Below are positions 53,542-64,000 of a stretch of DNA of 64,000 nt, piece after piece (the stretch's first letter is position 1; each line of letters starts with the position of its first letter). The stretch comes from Octopus vulgaris. Taxonomy: Eukaryota. The stretch spans positions 5,704,001 through 5,768,000 of the forward strand of contig OX597822.1 in assembly GCA_951406725.2 (NCBI GenBank), in the 5' to 3' direction. The notes beneath the pieces are model-generated. The model ran no database searches, was not told the DNA's origin, and was given only the letters and a program-made list of their open reading frames with translations. Made by a program: the position numbers and the translations under genes.

Positions 53542-54093
53542 GCGAAATCGAAATCGAATTGAACCAGCCAGGATCCCTGGTCTGGTGGTACGTAAAAAGC
53601 ACTATCCAACTCATGGCCGATGCCAGCGCCGCCTCCACTGGCTTCCATGCCGGTGGCACGTAAAATACACCAATCCGACAGGCACCCATGCCAACCCCCT
53701 TTGCTTGCGAAGACATGTTGGGGCAAGCGAAAGCGAAATCGAAATCAAATTGAACCAGCCATGATCCCTGGTCTGGTGGTACGTAAAAAGCACTATCCGA
53801 CTCATGGCTGATGCCAGCGCCGCCTCGACTGGCTTCCGTGCCGGTAGCACATAAAATACACCAATCCGACCGTTGCCGTTGCCAGCCTCGCCTGGCACCT
53901 GTGCAGGTGGCACGTAAAAAGCACCCACTACACTCAAGGAGTGGTTGGCGTTAGGAAGGGCATCCAGCTGTAGAAACATTGCCAGATAAGACTGGAGCCT
54001 GGTGCAGCCATCTGGCTTCCCAGATCCCCGGTCGAACCGTCCAACCCATGCTAGCATGGAGAACGGACGTTAAACGATGATGATGATGATGAT
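53541..54093 (+). mobile_element. RTE LINE 3' UTR with ~190-bp internal duplication
   Basis: agcgaaatcgaaatc..ttgaaccagcc at ~53541 and ~53732; ends in (gat)n. Confidence 0.85.
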
Positions 54094-54455
54094 ATATATT
54101 TAAACGGCAAAATGTGTGTGTGTGTGTGTATCCTTTATACAAATCCACAATTTTTCAGTTAAAGGGCTCGCACTTTCTATGGTCATTCAAAAGCATCAAG
54201 GGTGGTCGTGCACATCTTTACATTTCCCCAGTCACCCTGCAAAGCCATTAAAAATCAATAGAAGGGACTTTTTTGTGAATTTTCTATCCCAAACCCAATC
54301 AAAATGCCCGAAACTTGATACGCCAATTGAATGCCAGCTAGCTGTATGTGATTGGTGGGAGATTTGGACAGTACTCGCGTGTATGTGTGCACGCACGCAG
54401 CTGCATATGCATGCACTAGCACTATGACCCGGCAACACCGGGTCATAGTGCTAGT
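54094..54455 (+). mobile_element. Non-autonomous Helitron-like element
   Basis: 3' end is an 18-bp perfect hairpin ACTAGCACTATGACCCGG-caaca-CCGGGTCATAGTGCTAGT ending in CTAG/T; 5' end is TA-rich followed by (TG)n. Confidence 0.6.
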
Positions 54456-54471
54456 ATATATATATATATAT

Positions 54472-54839
54472 ATTCTTTTACTCTTTTACCTGTTTCAGTC
54501 ATTTGACTGTGGCCATGCTGGAGCACTGCCTTGAAAGATCTAAGTTGAACAAATCAATCTCAGGACTTATCTCTTAAGCCTGGTACTTATTCTATCAGTT
54601 CTTTTGCCAAACCGCTAAGTTACAGGGACCTAAACACACCAACACCGGTTGTTTAGCAGTGATGGGGAGCAAAAACATACACAAAGACACTCACACATAG
54701 ATATAGACGATAGGCTTCTTTCAGTTCCCTTCTGCTAAATCCATTCACAAGGCTTTGGTCAGCCAGTAGCTGTAGTGGGACTGAACCTGGAACCATGTAG
54801 TTGGGAAGCAAGCTTCTTACCATACAACCATGCCTGTGC

Positions 54840-54841
<2 letters not shown>
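54472..54841 (-). mobile_element. SINE family A, diverged
   Basis: Reverse complement of family A with an internal deletion. Confidence 0.8.
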
Positions 54842-54881
<40 letters not shown>

Positions 54882-55396
54882 CAAATATGAATTAGAAGCA
54901 GCTCAAGGTGTATAAGCAAAATTGAACGCACATACACAAAGTGTGTGTGTTCGATTTTGCTTATATACATATATATAGTTATTTATTTATTTGTATGTGT
55001 GTGTGTGTGTCTGTGTGTGTCTGTGTATGCATGTATGTGTGTGTCTATGTTTCTGTGTGTGTATGTGTGTTTGTATGTGTGTAAGTGCTTGTCTATGTAT
55101 GTGTGCCTGTATTTGTCCCTAACCCCACTTCCTGACAATCAGTGCTTGTTAGTTTAAGTCCCTGTAACTTAGTGGTTTGGCAAAAGTGACTGATGTTTGT
55201 GTGTGTGAGTGTGTGTGTGTTGTGTCTGAGTAAATTCTAAAGTGTTAACGACAATGATGATATTGATGATGATGTTTGTGATAGGAATTGAATTTAAAGC
55301 AATGCGGTTGTGAAATAAATTTGTTCACTACAGAGCCATGCCAAATGTTATAAGATCTGAAGTTACAAATTGTGAATTGCCTCCCCAACACCTCAC

Positions 55397-55417
55397 CTTC
55401 CTCAACCATTATCACAT
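55397..55417 (-). CDS. Candidate 21-nt microexon
   Basis: ttttgCTAATgaatctgtag|ATGTGATAATGGTTGAGGAAG|GTGAGG; phase 1-1, VIMVEE. Confidence 0.2.
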
Positions 55418-56340
55418 CTACAGATTCATTAGCAAAACAAAGACATTGTACTAGTTATCGATTCACCTTTTTAGATGAGAGGGTTCTTCAGAAAAATATA
55501 ATTCTTCATAATAATAGTTTTGTGAAGATTTTTAAGAAAAAGTTCAAATTTTTCATGTCTTTTTGAATACATTGAATAACGTTTGTTATTGGAATAAGTC
55601 ATCGTCGTCGTCGTCATCATCACCATCAGCCCCACCACCACCACCACCACCACCACCACCGTCATCATTCTCTTAGTTATTATCACCATTGTTGGCTCCC
55701 ACTTTCCTCCACCCCCTTACTCCTCCTCACTCCTCTCCCCCTCCCCTTTCTCATCCCTCTTCTTCTTCCTCCCCCCTTCCTCTTTCTCCTCCTCTTCCTC
55801 CCCCCTTCCTCTTTCTCCTCCTCTTCCTCCCCCATCCACCCCCTCATTGTCATCACTCATCGTCATTACTGTCATCGTCATCATGAATACCATTATTATT
55901 ATTGTTTTATAACTTTATTTAAAATAGACAATAGAATTCATTTTAACAGTTTTCCTAACAAATTATGTCATTGTTTCAGAAATCCTTCTTTTATTGTGTT
56001 AAAAAGAAGAGGGGGAAAAAACAAAAACAAAAACAATACAAAACAAAACAAAAAAAATGATTATTTCGTTTCAATTCTGTGTTGGAATCCATTTGACAAA
56101 ATTAAAGATTTTTATTCTATTTTCTTACCACTTTGCTCCTCTCTTTTTACTCTGTCTCTTTGACTACACTTACGCACGCAAATATAAGTATGCATACATA
56201 CATGTACAACCTGATATATAATATGTATATATATTTAAGAAAATATAATACAATTCAATATAATACAGTAACACATCTGTGTATAAAAAATATACGTATG
56301 TACATACGGACATACATACACACACGCACACACACACACA

Positions 56341-56572
56341 TTATCACCATCACCGCCACTACCACCACCACCACCACCACCACCATCACCACCACCACCA
56401 CCACCACCACCACCACCAAAACCGCCACCACCACCACCACCACCACCACCACCACCACCACCACCACCACCACCACCACCACCACCACCACCACCACCAC
56501 CACCACCGCCACCGCCACCACCACCGCCACCGCCACCACCACCACCACCACCAGAGCCACTGCCATCATCAT
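56341..56572. repeat. (CCA)n microsatellite
   Basis: Directly visible; explains the poly-His and poly-Thr ORFs. Confidence 0.95.
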
Positions 56573-57632
56573 TTAATGTTCATCTTCCATGCTGGCATGG
56601 AGCTGGCCAGTTGAAGAGCTGCCCAGATCCCATGTCTGTTTTGGCATGGTTTCTACAGCTGGATGCTCTTCCTAATGCCAACCATTTTACAGAGTGTACT
56701 GGGTCCTGTTACATAGCACTCTGCAGGGGTGTGTTTATGTGGCACTAACACCTATGAACCCATGAGATTAGGGATGCTCAGCTGGAGAGGGACACATATG
56801 TATGTATGTATTCCCCTCTCATTTTTCTTCCTTTCTCTCACATTTCTTCAACCCCCTCCATACCCCTCTCGTTTATCTCCCCTGCACCTTTCCCTTTATC
56901 ACTGATTTATTTCTAATCCTTCAATTCTGCTGTCCCCTACCCATTTCTCCTCTTTCCACGTGACTGGTGTCCAACCAGCCATGATATTTTTTTCTTGGCC
57001 TGTCTGCCGACTGTCAACACATCTTGTGTCCATCTCCCATGTTTCTGTCTTTAGCTTTCACTTCATACACGCCAGCTCAATATGAATCGTTTTCAGTCGA
57101 AAGACACCTGTTGTTATATCTTGTTGCTTGTATTCATAATTCTGTACCATGTTCTCCGTTTTTTTTTTTGTCTTTGTTGCTGTACACATTCGCTAACTTT
57201 TTTACAAAGGGGTCTAATGCTCTTAGCTTAGACTTTTTGGAAGACAACCAGATTGAACCATCTCAAGTGTAACTGTCTGAAATGGTTGTGACTTGCGGTA
57301 CTTGACTGAAGAAAGAAAGCCAAGAATAACCCATTTATTTTGCCAGTTGTTGTTTCCCTTATCTGCCTTTGTGTCGTCTATCTGTCCGAACGTTTTAATG
57401 CCCTCTATTGCAATTTTGTTCCATTTATATATATATATAAGGCATGGCCTTGTGGTTAAGAGGCTTGATTTCCAACCATGTAGCTCTGGGTTCAGTCATT
57501 TTGCAAGGTACCTTTGGCAAGCCTTTTCATGTATAACCCTGGCCAACTAAAACCTCACGAGAGGATTTGGCCGATGGAAACTGAGAGCTGCCCATTGTAT
57601 GTATGTGTCTATACATACATACATACATACAT

Positions 57633-57694
<62 letters not shown>

Positions 57695-58249
57695 CATACT
57701 CTTAACTAGGCATCATGTATTGATTGTAAATTATTTTCAGCATACAGTTGAGGGTTGGCAACAAGAAGGGCATGAAGCCACAGATAATCTCCCACAACAA
57801 ATTCTGTGTGACCCCTGCAAGCCTGGAAAAGTGGACATTAAATGATAATGATATATTTATATATATATATTGTTAGAAAATTATAAAAATGATAAAAATG
57901 TTTTATTGTATAATGTTAAGTTAAACAGATAGTTATCCATACTGCACTGTAAGGTCAGAATGAAGTCCATTGTCAAAATGAAGGAAGCTAGGTGTTAATA
58001 GCCAAACTGTGAACCTCTAACAAATTGGCTAAACTTTAGCAAACCTTTATAAGCAGAGATAATTGTACTTCTGTTTTTGTGACAGTTTTTGCTGTGAGAC
58101 AAGGTTAAATTGGATTCTGGAAGCTATGATTGCCTGTTTAGTTTATGCACTTTGTGCTTTGTGTTAGGCAGTTATGGAATTATTTTATGCTTCAAGAATT
58201 TACCAGAACTTCCTGCTTGTCAGTTTTAAAATAATTTCTGTGTAACATC

Positions 58250-58500
58250 AGGGTCCAAGGTTCAAAACCCAAGGTTTGAAAGCCGAATTTGTGTAGTCAG
58301 ATTTTATGAAATCCAAATTTTCGGAATCCATATTTTTTGAAAAAACCAAATTTGTGAAGCCAGATTTTATGAAATCCAAATTTTCAGAATCCATATTTTT
58401 TGAAAACCAAATTTGTGAGGCCAGGTTTTGTGTGGAGCCAATTTTGGTGAATCCAGAGTTACGAATCCAAATTTGTAAAATCAAGTTGAAACTGGGTTTC
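58250..58500. repeat. Degenerate ~15-bp minisatellite at the 5' junction of the Penelope-like element
   Basis: Repeated cca(a/g/t)attt...gaat units, with a ~63-bp near-exact duplication (cagattttatgaaatccaaattttc at 58299 and 58361). Confidence 0.7.
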
Positions 58501-58503
58501 TGA

Positions 58504-60462
58504 TTCCGAATTTCTAAAAGAGAATGGAACGACCTCATCAAACTAAGAGAAGACAAAACAATAACAATTAAGGAGGCAGATAAGGGCAACGCGATAGTAA
58601 TAATGAATACAAACAATTATAAAAATTTAGTGCTATCCCTATTAAGAGATGAAACGTATTATGAAAGGGCCCAACAGTATAACCAGCAAAAAATAATGCA
58701 TAACCTTAGGACATTAATCAACACATACCAAGAAGGACTCACGAACAAGGAGTATGAATACATCACTAACTTCAAATGCAAATCAAGTTTGTTCTATGAT
58801 ATCCCTAAGGTACACAAAAGCCAAACCATTAGAGAAACGTGCAAAACATCCACCGACACACTCATCAAAATCCCTTCACCAAATGATCTTAAACTAAGAC
58901 CGATAATAGCAGGGCCAGCATGTGAAACTCACCGCCTCAGCAATTTCTTAGACACACTTCTTAAACCTTTCCTAAAACACATCAAAAGCTACGTAAGAGA
59001 CGATATAGATATGCTCAACCACCTCCCTAAAACAGTCAATGAGAAAACCCTTCTAGTATCATTCGACGTAGTTAATCTTTATTCTAACATCCCTCACAAC
59101 CTAGGAATAGAAGCGATCACCTTCTGGCTGAATAACTACCCCTTTGAACTCCCAACTCGCATAAACAAAGACCTTATAATAGAAGGACTTAGATTCATTT
59201 TAGAGAACAATTATTTTATTTTTGACAATGATTTCTACAGGCAAAGATCGGGAACAGCGATGGGCACGCGTACTGCACCATCTTTTGCCAACCTAGTGAT
59301 GGGATACCTCGAGAAAATACTATACCAGATGACACTCGAGAAATATGGAAACACCTTCGCCACCTATATCCATAACAACTGGAAAAGATACCTCGATGAC
59401 TGTTTCATCATCTGGGACAAAGGCATAGAGAAACTTGAGGAATTTAAAATTCTATTAAATGGAATAAATGACAATATACAATTCACGATGGACCACAACG
59501 AAAAAGAATTACCATTTTTAGACATCCTCATTAAGAAAACCGGCAACAAAATAGAGACAGATATCTACTATAAACCGACAGACTCTAAACAGTACCTACC
59601 CTTTGATTCATGCCACCCACGACACACTAGAATGAATGTCCCTTTTTGTTTAGCTAGAAGGATTTGCACCATAATATCAGACACAAACACCCGACACACA
59701 CGTCTCCAGGAACTTAGAACCACACTCACAAATAGAAACTATCCACAGCCCCTAATAGACAGTGCAATCCAACGGGTACTTAAATTAAGTATAGAAGACC
59801 TGAGACAAACAAAACCAAAAAAGAAAGAACAATTAAAAACCCTTCCCTACATCTCTACACACAACCCACTCAACAATGAGGCCTTCAACACCATACTACA
59901 AAGCACAGCCCTACTAAAGGGAGACCCAAAGATGAACTGGATCCTCGAAACACACACCATCATTAAAAGTAAACGGCAACCAAAATCCTTGAAAAGGATT
60001 TTAACCCAAGCTACACTGCACTCAACATCAACCACAAAACCAGCAGTTAGAAAATGTGGAAGGCCCAACTGCGGAATCTGTGTCATCTTGAAAGAAGGAT
60101 CAGAATTTATACTGGAACAAGGCCACCAGTTCACCATTAGAACAAACTTCACCTGCGCATCAGAAAACTTAATTTACGTCATAACATGCGCAGGCTGCAA
60201 TAGGCAGTATATAGGCCATACAAAAAATAGCTTACGTAACAGGATGGCGGTGCATAAATCACAAATTAGAAACCCTGATTACCGCAAAATACCGGTCAGC
60301 GGACACATAGATAGATGTGCTGGAAATGTAAATCCGAAATTTACAACTAACCCACTCTATAAATTCAGTGACAACGCAACCTTCACACAACGCCAAAATA
60401 AAGAACTATATTTCATAAAAAAATTTAGACCAAGTTTAAACACCCTGGGCCAGGAATACTAA
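58504..60462 (+). CDS. Penelope-like element polyprotein (RT plus GIY-YIG endonuclease), Neptune type, 5'-truncated, frame intact
   Basis: Frame is open from 58504, upstream of the ATG at 58603: IKEADKGNAIV, PKVHK, LRPII, SFDVVNLYSNI, GTAMG..APSFANL, RYLDD, LPFLD, YYKPT; Cys-rich linker CGRPNCGIC; NLIYVITCAGC..YIGHT..R...H; ends PSLN. Confidence 0.95.
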   Translation, partial: FRISKREWNDLIKLREDKTITIKEADKGNAIVIMNTNNYKNLVLSLLRDETYYERAQQYNQQKIMHNLRTLINTYQEGLTNKEYEYITNFKCKSSLFYDIPKVHKSQTIRETCKTSTDTLIKIPSPNDLKLRPIIAGPACETHRLSNFLDTLLKPFLKHIKSYVRDDIDMLNHLPKTVNEKTLLVSFDVVNLYSNIPHNLGIEAITFWLNNYPFELPTRINKDLIIEGLRFILENNYFIFDNDFYRQRSGTAMGTRTAPSFANLVMGYLEKILYQMTLEKYGNTFATYIHNNWKRYLDDCFIIWDKGIEKLEEFKILLNGINDNIQFTMDHNEKELPFLDILIKKTGNKIETDIYYKPTDSKQYLPFDSCHPRHTRMNVPFCLARRICTIISDTNTRHTRLQELRTTLTNRNYPQPLIDSAIQRVLKLSIEDLRQTKPKKKEQLKTLPYISTHNPLNNEAFNTILQSTALLKGDPKMNWILETHTIIKSKRQPKSLKRILTQATLHSTSTTKPAVRKCGRPNCGICVILKEGSEFILEQGHQFTIRTNFTCASENLIYVITCAGCNRQYIGHTKNSLRNRMAVHKSQIRNPDYRKIPVSGHIDRCAGNVNPKFTTNPLYKFSDNATFTQRQNKELYFIKKFRPSLNTLGQEY

Positions 60463-60631
60463 AACAAAAGATAAGTCCTCCGAAAGGGAGAAGCGGGGTT
60501 TCACCACGGCCGCTGCTTCAAACAGACACTCACTCTAACGGAAATATGCCTTAGTAAAAAAGGAAAAAAATTCTTTCGTGCAAATCTGACCCTGATACAT
60601 ACGATACAGCTAAGGGTCAGACCCGATTCTG

Positions 60632-61120
60632 ATTGGTCAACAAGTTGATGACGTCTAGCTCTGCTAGAATGGACAGGATACAAACAGGGGACAGTCATTA
60701 GTCAGAATATTGATGACGTCCTTTTCTGCTTGAATAGTCACCTAACAAGTACAGACAGGGGGCAGATCTAATGTAGCTATAAGTCGTGATTGGGCAGAAT
60801 CTGGATGACGTCCCGCTCTGCTTGACTAACGAAGCGACTGGTCAAAACAGGAAACAAACAAGAGGCAGATATAATGCAGCGATTGGTCAAAATAATGATG
60901 ACGTCCCGTTCTACTTGACTAACGAAGCGACTGGTCAAAACAGGAAACAAACAAGAGGGAGTTATAATGCAGCGATTGGTCAAAATAATGATGACGTCCC
61001 GTTCTACTTGATTAAAGCCACCTAACGAAACGATTGGTCAAAACATTGATGACGTCACGCTACGCTAGATTGACTACCTAACAGGCATTATAAAACCGAG
61101 CATTTCACAAAAACTCACTA
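60632..61120 (+). promoter_or_regulatory. pLTR Pol II promoter: six ATTGG-N12-TGACGTC modules plus TATA box
   Basis: TGACGTC at 60649, 60714, 60806, 60899, 60992 and 61050 (full TGACGTCA), each preceded by ATTGG (one ATTAG); TATAAAA at 61089-61095; Inr-like TCACT near 61115. Confidence 0.7.
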
Positions 61121-61435
61121 GAACCACCCAGCGAACTTCCACCATGGGTCATCACAATTGCTTAAGGTAAAAATGAATTCCTTGCTCTTTCGGAAACATC
61201 AATCTTCTGTATTGACCGCTTTCCACCACTTTGATCTGTTTTTTGTATTGAATACGTATCGCCACCGTGGGCCACTGCATCGAACACTTTGAACATATAC
61301 TTCAAACTATATATCAACTATACATGAACTATATATCAACTATACATGAACTCTAAGATGTCTGACTCCGTTGTGTATTATAAATGAATTTCTTGTGTTT
61401 GACGGCATGAGCTGTCTTTTTTTATATATAACTTT

Positions 61436-61473
61436 TTTTGATAAGGTTCATTTCAGGAACTGAAACATGTTAT
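61436..61473 (+). ncRNA. Degenerate hammerhead motif in the pLTR
   Basis: tTGATaA-GGTTC atttcag GAACT-GAAAC-ATG-TTA; palindromic AACATGTT stem III; two core mismatches. Confidence 0.4.
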
Positions 61474-61533
61474 AATGTATATATAAAAATTAAAAATTGT
61501 ATAATACAGCAGCATTTTCGAACTTCCTTTTTT

Positions 61534-61572
<39 letters not shown>

Positions 61573-61809
61573 ATATTTTGATTGCACGTCTAGTGTAGCA
61601 TTCATTTATTTTTGTTCATATATATTTGTTTGGTATGTAGGCTGTTTTTTTATGCTGACATTTAATTGTTAATAATATTTTACAAAAATCTTCATGGTGT
61701 GTTGTTGTTTTGGGTTCACTTCATCCTTGCTGGTTGTGTAAACTCGGGTAACAATATATATACACATATACACACAGGCACAAATATACACATATATATA
61801 TATCACACA

Positions 61810-62385
61810 TATAGGGTGTTTGGGTTAAATTTCATGATTCTTAATGTCTACTGTTTTCAGAAACAGCTTGATGAATTGTTGAACAGTCAATGGCATTGGA
61901 GAGCATCAACACTAAACTTGTAGTTAAGAAAGATTTCGCTGATAAGGAAGACTGGAAGACAACAGAATACTGGGAAAGAGTTATATGTATCATGATAATT
62001 TGCACTGAGCATCAAAATGCCAACACCATGACTGTTCTGTGAATACTTTAAAAGCTGTAAAACATGACATGGACATCATTAAAAAACCAAGTTCTCTCAA
62101 ACTATAATGATCTTGGGTGTGTTTCCAGTGAAGTTGATGTCATGCTGCCCTCCATTTTTGCACCAGGCCTTAGGCTCAACAATCAGTGGGGCATGGGCAA
62201 GAAAGACACTGATCTTTCTGCCAGGAACACCAAGGCCAAGGTGGTAGCCAAAATCAAAGAGGTGTCTGAAGATCTTTCTAAAGATACAGCAAGGTGCATA
62301 TGTGCTGGGTGGCAGCTGAGAGCAACTACTTTGCGTAAACTGTTATCTCCCAGCCATAATCTAGTTGATATTTTTTGACTTTTCA
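61810..62385 (+). mobile_element. Tc1/mariner (maT/DD37D-like) relic, internally deleted
   Basis: tatagggtgtttggg terminus; LGCVSSEVDVMLPSIFAPGLRLN resembles maT transposase. Confidence 0.45.
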
Positions 62386-62409
62386 AAATACTCTTATTTT
62401 TGGATGAGT

Positions 62410-62735
62410 GGAGGCAAAGTAGCTGAGTTCCTTTTGAGCATTGGGCTTCACAGAGGCAATGACCGAGACCTTTGGCATTATGTCGTGCTTGAGAAGAAGA
62501 CCCATCAAACTGAGCAAAATCACAGTCATTGCAGATTCTGGTGTCATGCAAATGGCACCCATGCCAGTGGCACATAAAAGCACCCATTAACTCTCGGAGT
62601 GGTTGGCATTAGGAAAACCATGCCAAATCAGACTGGAGTCTGGTGCAGCCTTCTTGCTTATCAGCTCCAGTCAAACCATCCAACCCATGCCAGCATGGAC
62701 AATGGACGTTAAATGATGATGATGTTGATGATGAT
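62410..62735 (+). mobile_element. RTE LINE 3' end
   Basis: ttgggcttcacagaggcaatgaccgagacctttgg (as at 3233-3272), UTR and (gat)n tail. Confidence 0.85.
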
Positions 62736-62739
62736 ATTG

Positions 62740-63318
62740 TGTTTTCTTTTTCCTCTGCTCTCCCCGTTCATCTACATGCCACGGTCTCGAATGCGTACAC
62801 GTGGATGTAGCCACGACCAATGCCAGCAGTCGCGAGATCCACGCGGTTGATACAGCGACATGGTCTGACCCGTCAATTCACGTGTAAACTTACGAGTGAA
62901 CTTACGGGTCGGACCATGCTGAATAGTCACACTCTAGGTAACCGTTGCACCCCAAGGGGGTTTAGACTATATTAAGGGGTAGCAGCCGGCAGGTGTATGT
63001 CTCCGGTATCGGTTGGCATGATGCTGGAGACGTCAGCCAAAGATGCCGTCAGCCCGGCAGGTGGCCGCTGCCTTCATGTCACCTTGCTTTCCCCATTTGT
63101 CTACGCGCCGCGGGGCCACTAGAGACAGTCGCCCGGAGCTCCACCGCGCTACTGTGCCCGATATTGTAAGAATGAACCGAAGCTCGCGGTGTCACCCACG
63201 TACATGTGGACGTAGCCGTGACCGATACCGGCAGTCACCGAGAGGCTGTCGCAAAGTCAACACAGCGACATGGTCCATCCCGTAAATTCCCGTAAAACTG
63301 TCAAATTTAGCCTGAACA
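62740..63318. mobile_element. CpG-rich solo-LTR-like element with internal direct repeat and long hairpin
   Basis: TGTT...AACA termini, central tatattaa, ~85-bp direct repeat (62795-62880 versus 63199-63290), hairpin 62859-62918; no clean TSD. Confidence 0.5.
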
Positions 63319-64000
63319 CTTTGTACATATATATCGATATTTAATTACTGTTTTCCATGCTGGCATGTTTTGGTTGGTTTGAGAGGAGTTGGCAAGCCAG
63401 AGAGCTGCACCAGGGTCCAGTTGACTGTTTTGGCATGGTCTCTACTGCTGGATGCCCTTCCTAATACCAACACTTTTTAAAGAGTACTGGGTATATTTTA
63501 CATGGCATTAGCACTTGTGCTTTTTAGGTGGTACCTTCACCAGTGCCTTTTACATGGTATTTTCACCAGTGCTTTTTATGTGGTGGGTTATTTCCAGTTT
63601 CCACCTTAGAAATTGACTCCATACACTTATGCCATTGCCTATATATACATATATATACATATATATATCAAAGATCAAAAGTGTTTTCTGAGCCATAGGC
63701 TCATAAGGCTTGTTTCCCAGATTCTGTGGAATATATATCCCCACCTCTCTATCCCTGATGGGATGCCAGTCTGTCACAGGATTACTCCTTTTCGGCATCT
63801 GAGTGGGATAGAACAATATGAAAGGAAGTGGTTTGCTCAAGAACACAATGTATTGCCCAGTCTAGGAATTGAAACCACAGTCTTATGATCATAAGTGCAA
63901 CATCCTAACCACTAAACTGCAGGCTTCCATAAGCTCACACACACACACCTATATAATAGGCATAGGCATATATAGTATGTATAACATATATAATAGGCAC

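Larger units (their letters stand above)
58504..61537 (+). mobile_element. Penelope-like retroelement with 3' pseudo-LTR
   Basis: ORF followed by ~1.07 kb holding promoter modules and a degenerate hammerhead; ends at a (TA)n run. Both boundaries are approximate. Confidence 0.85.

Overview
Eukaryotic, AT-rich, repeat-dominated genomic DNA. The SINE and RTE families look like those of Octopus or another coleoid cephalopod (inference). Main contents: (1) a 13.3-kb tandem array of about 26 monomers of ~512 bp (6172-19535) with a 10/11-monomer higher-order periodicity; (2) a 5'-truncated but ORF-intact Penelope-like element (RT plus GIY-YIG, Neptune type; ~58504-61537) whose 3' pseudo-LTR carries six CCAAT+CRE modules, a TATA box, a Kozak ATG followed by a splice donor, and a degenerate hammerhead; (3) several minimal type I hammerhead ribozyme motifs in Penelope-type tails, one fused to a tRNA-derived Pol III head inside a ~560-bp palindrome (3950-4512); (4) a decayed near full-length RTE LINE with a PHD-like finger (32690-36252) and many RTE 3' ends with (GAT)n tails; (5) tRNA SINEs, mariner/Tc1 relics, piggyBac-type MITEs, a Helitron-like element and solo-LTR-like elements; (6) abundant microsatellites, which account for most ORFs in the track. 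A few weak minus-strand exon candidates suggest the window may lie inside a large unidentified host gene. All structures were read by eye and none was computed.
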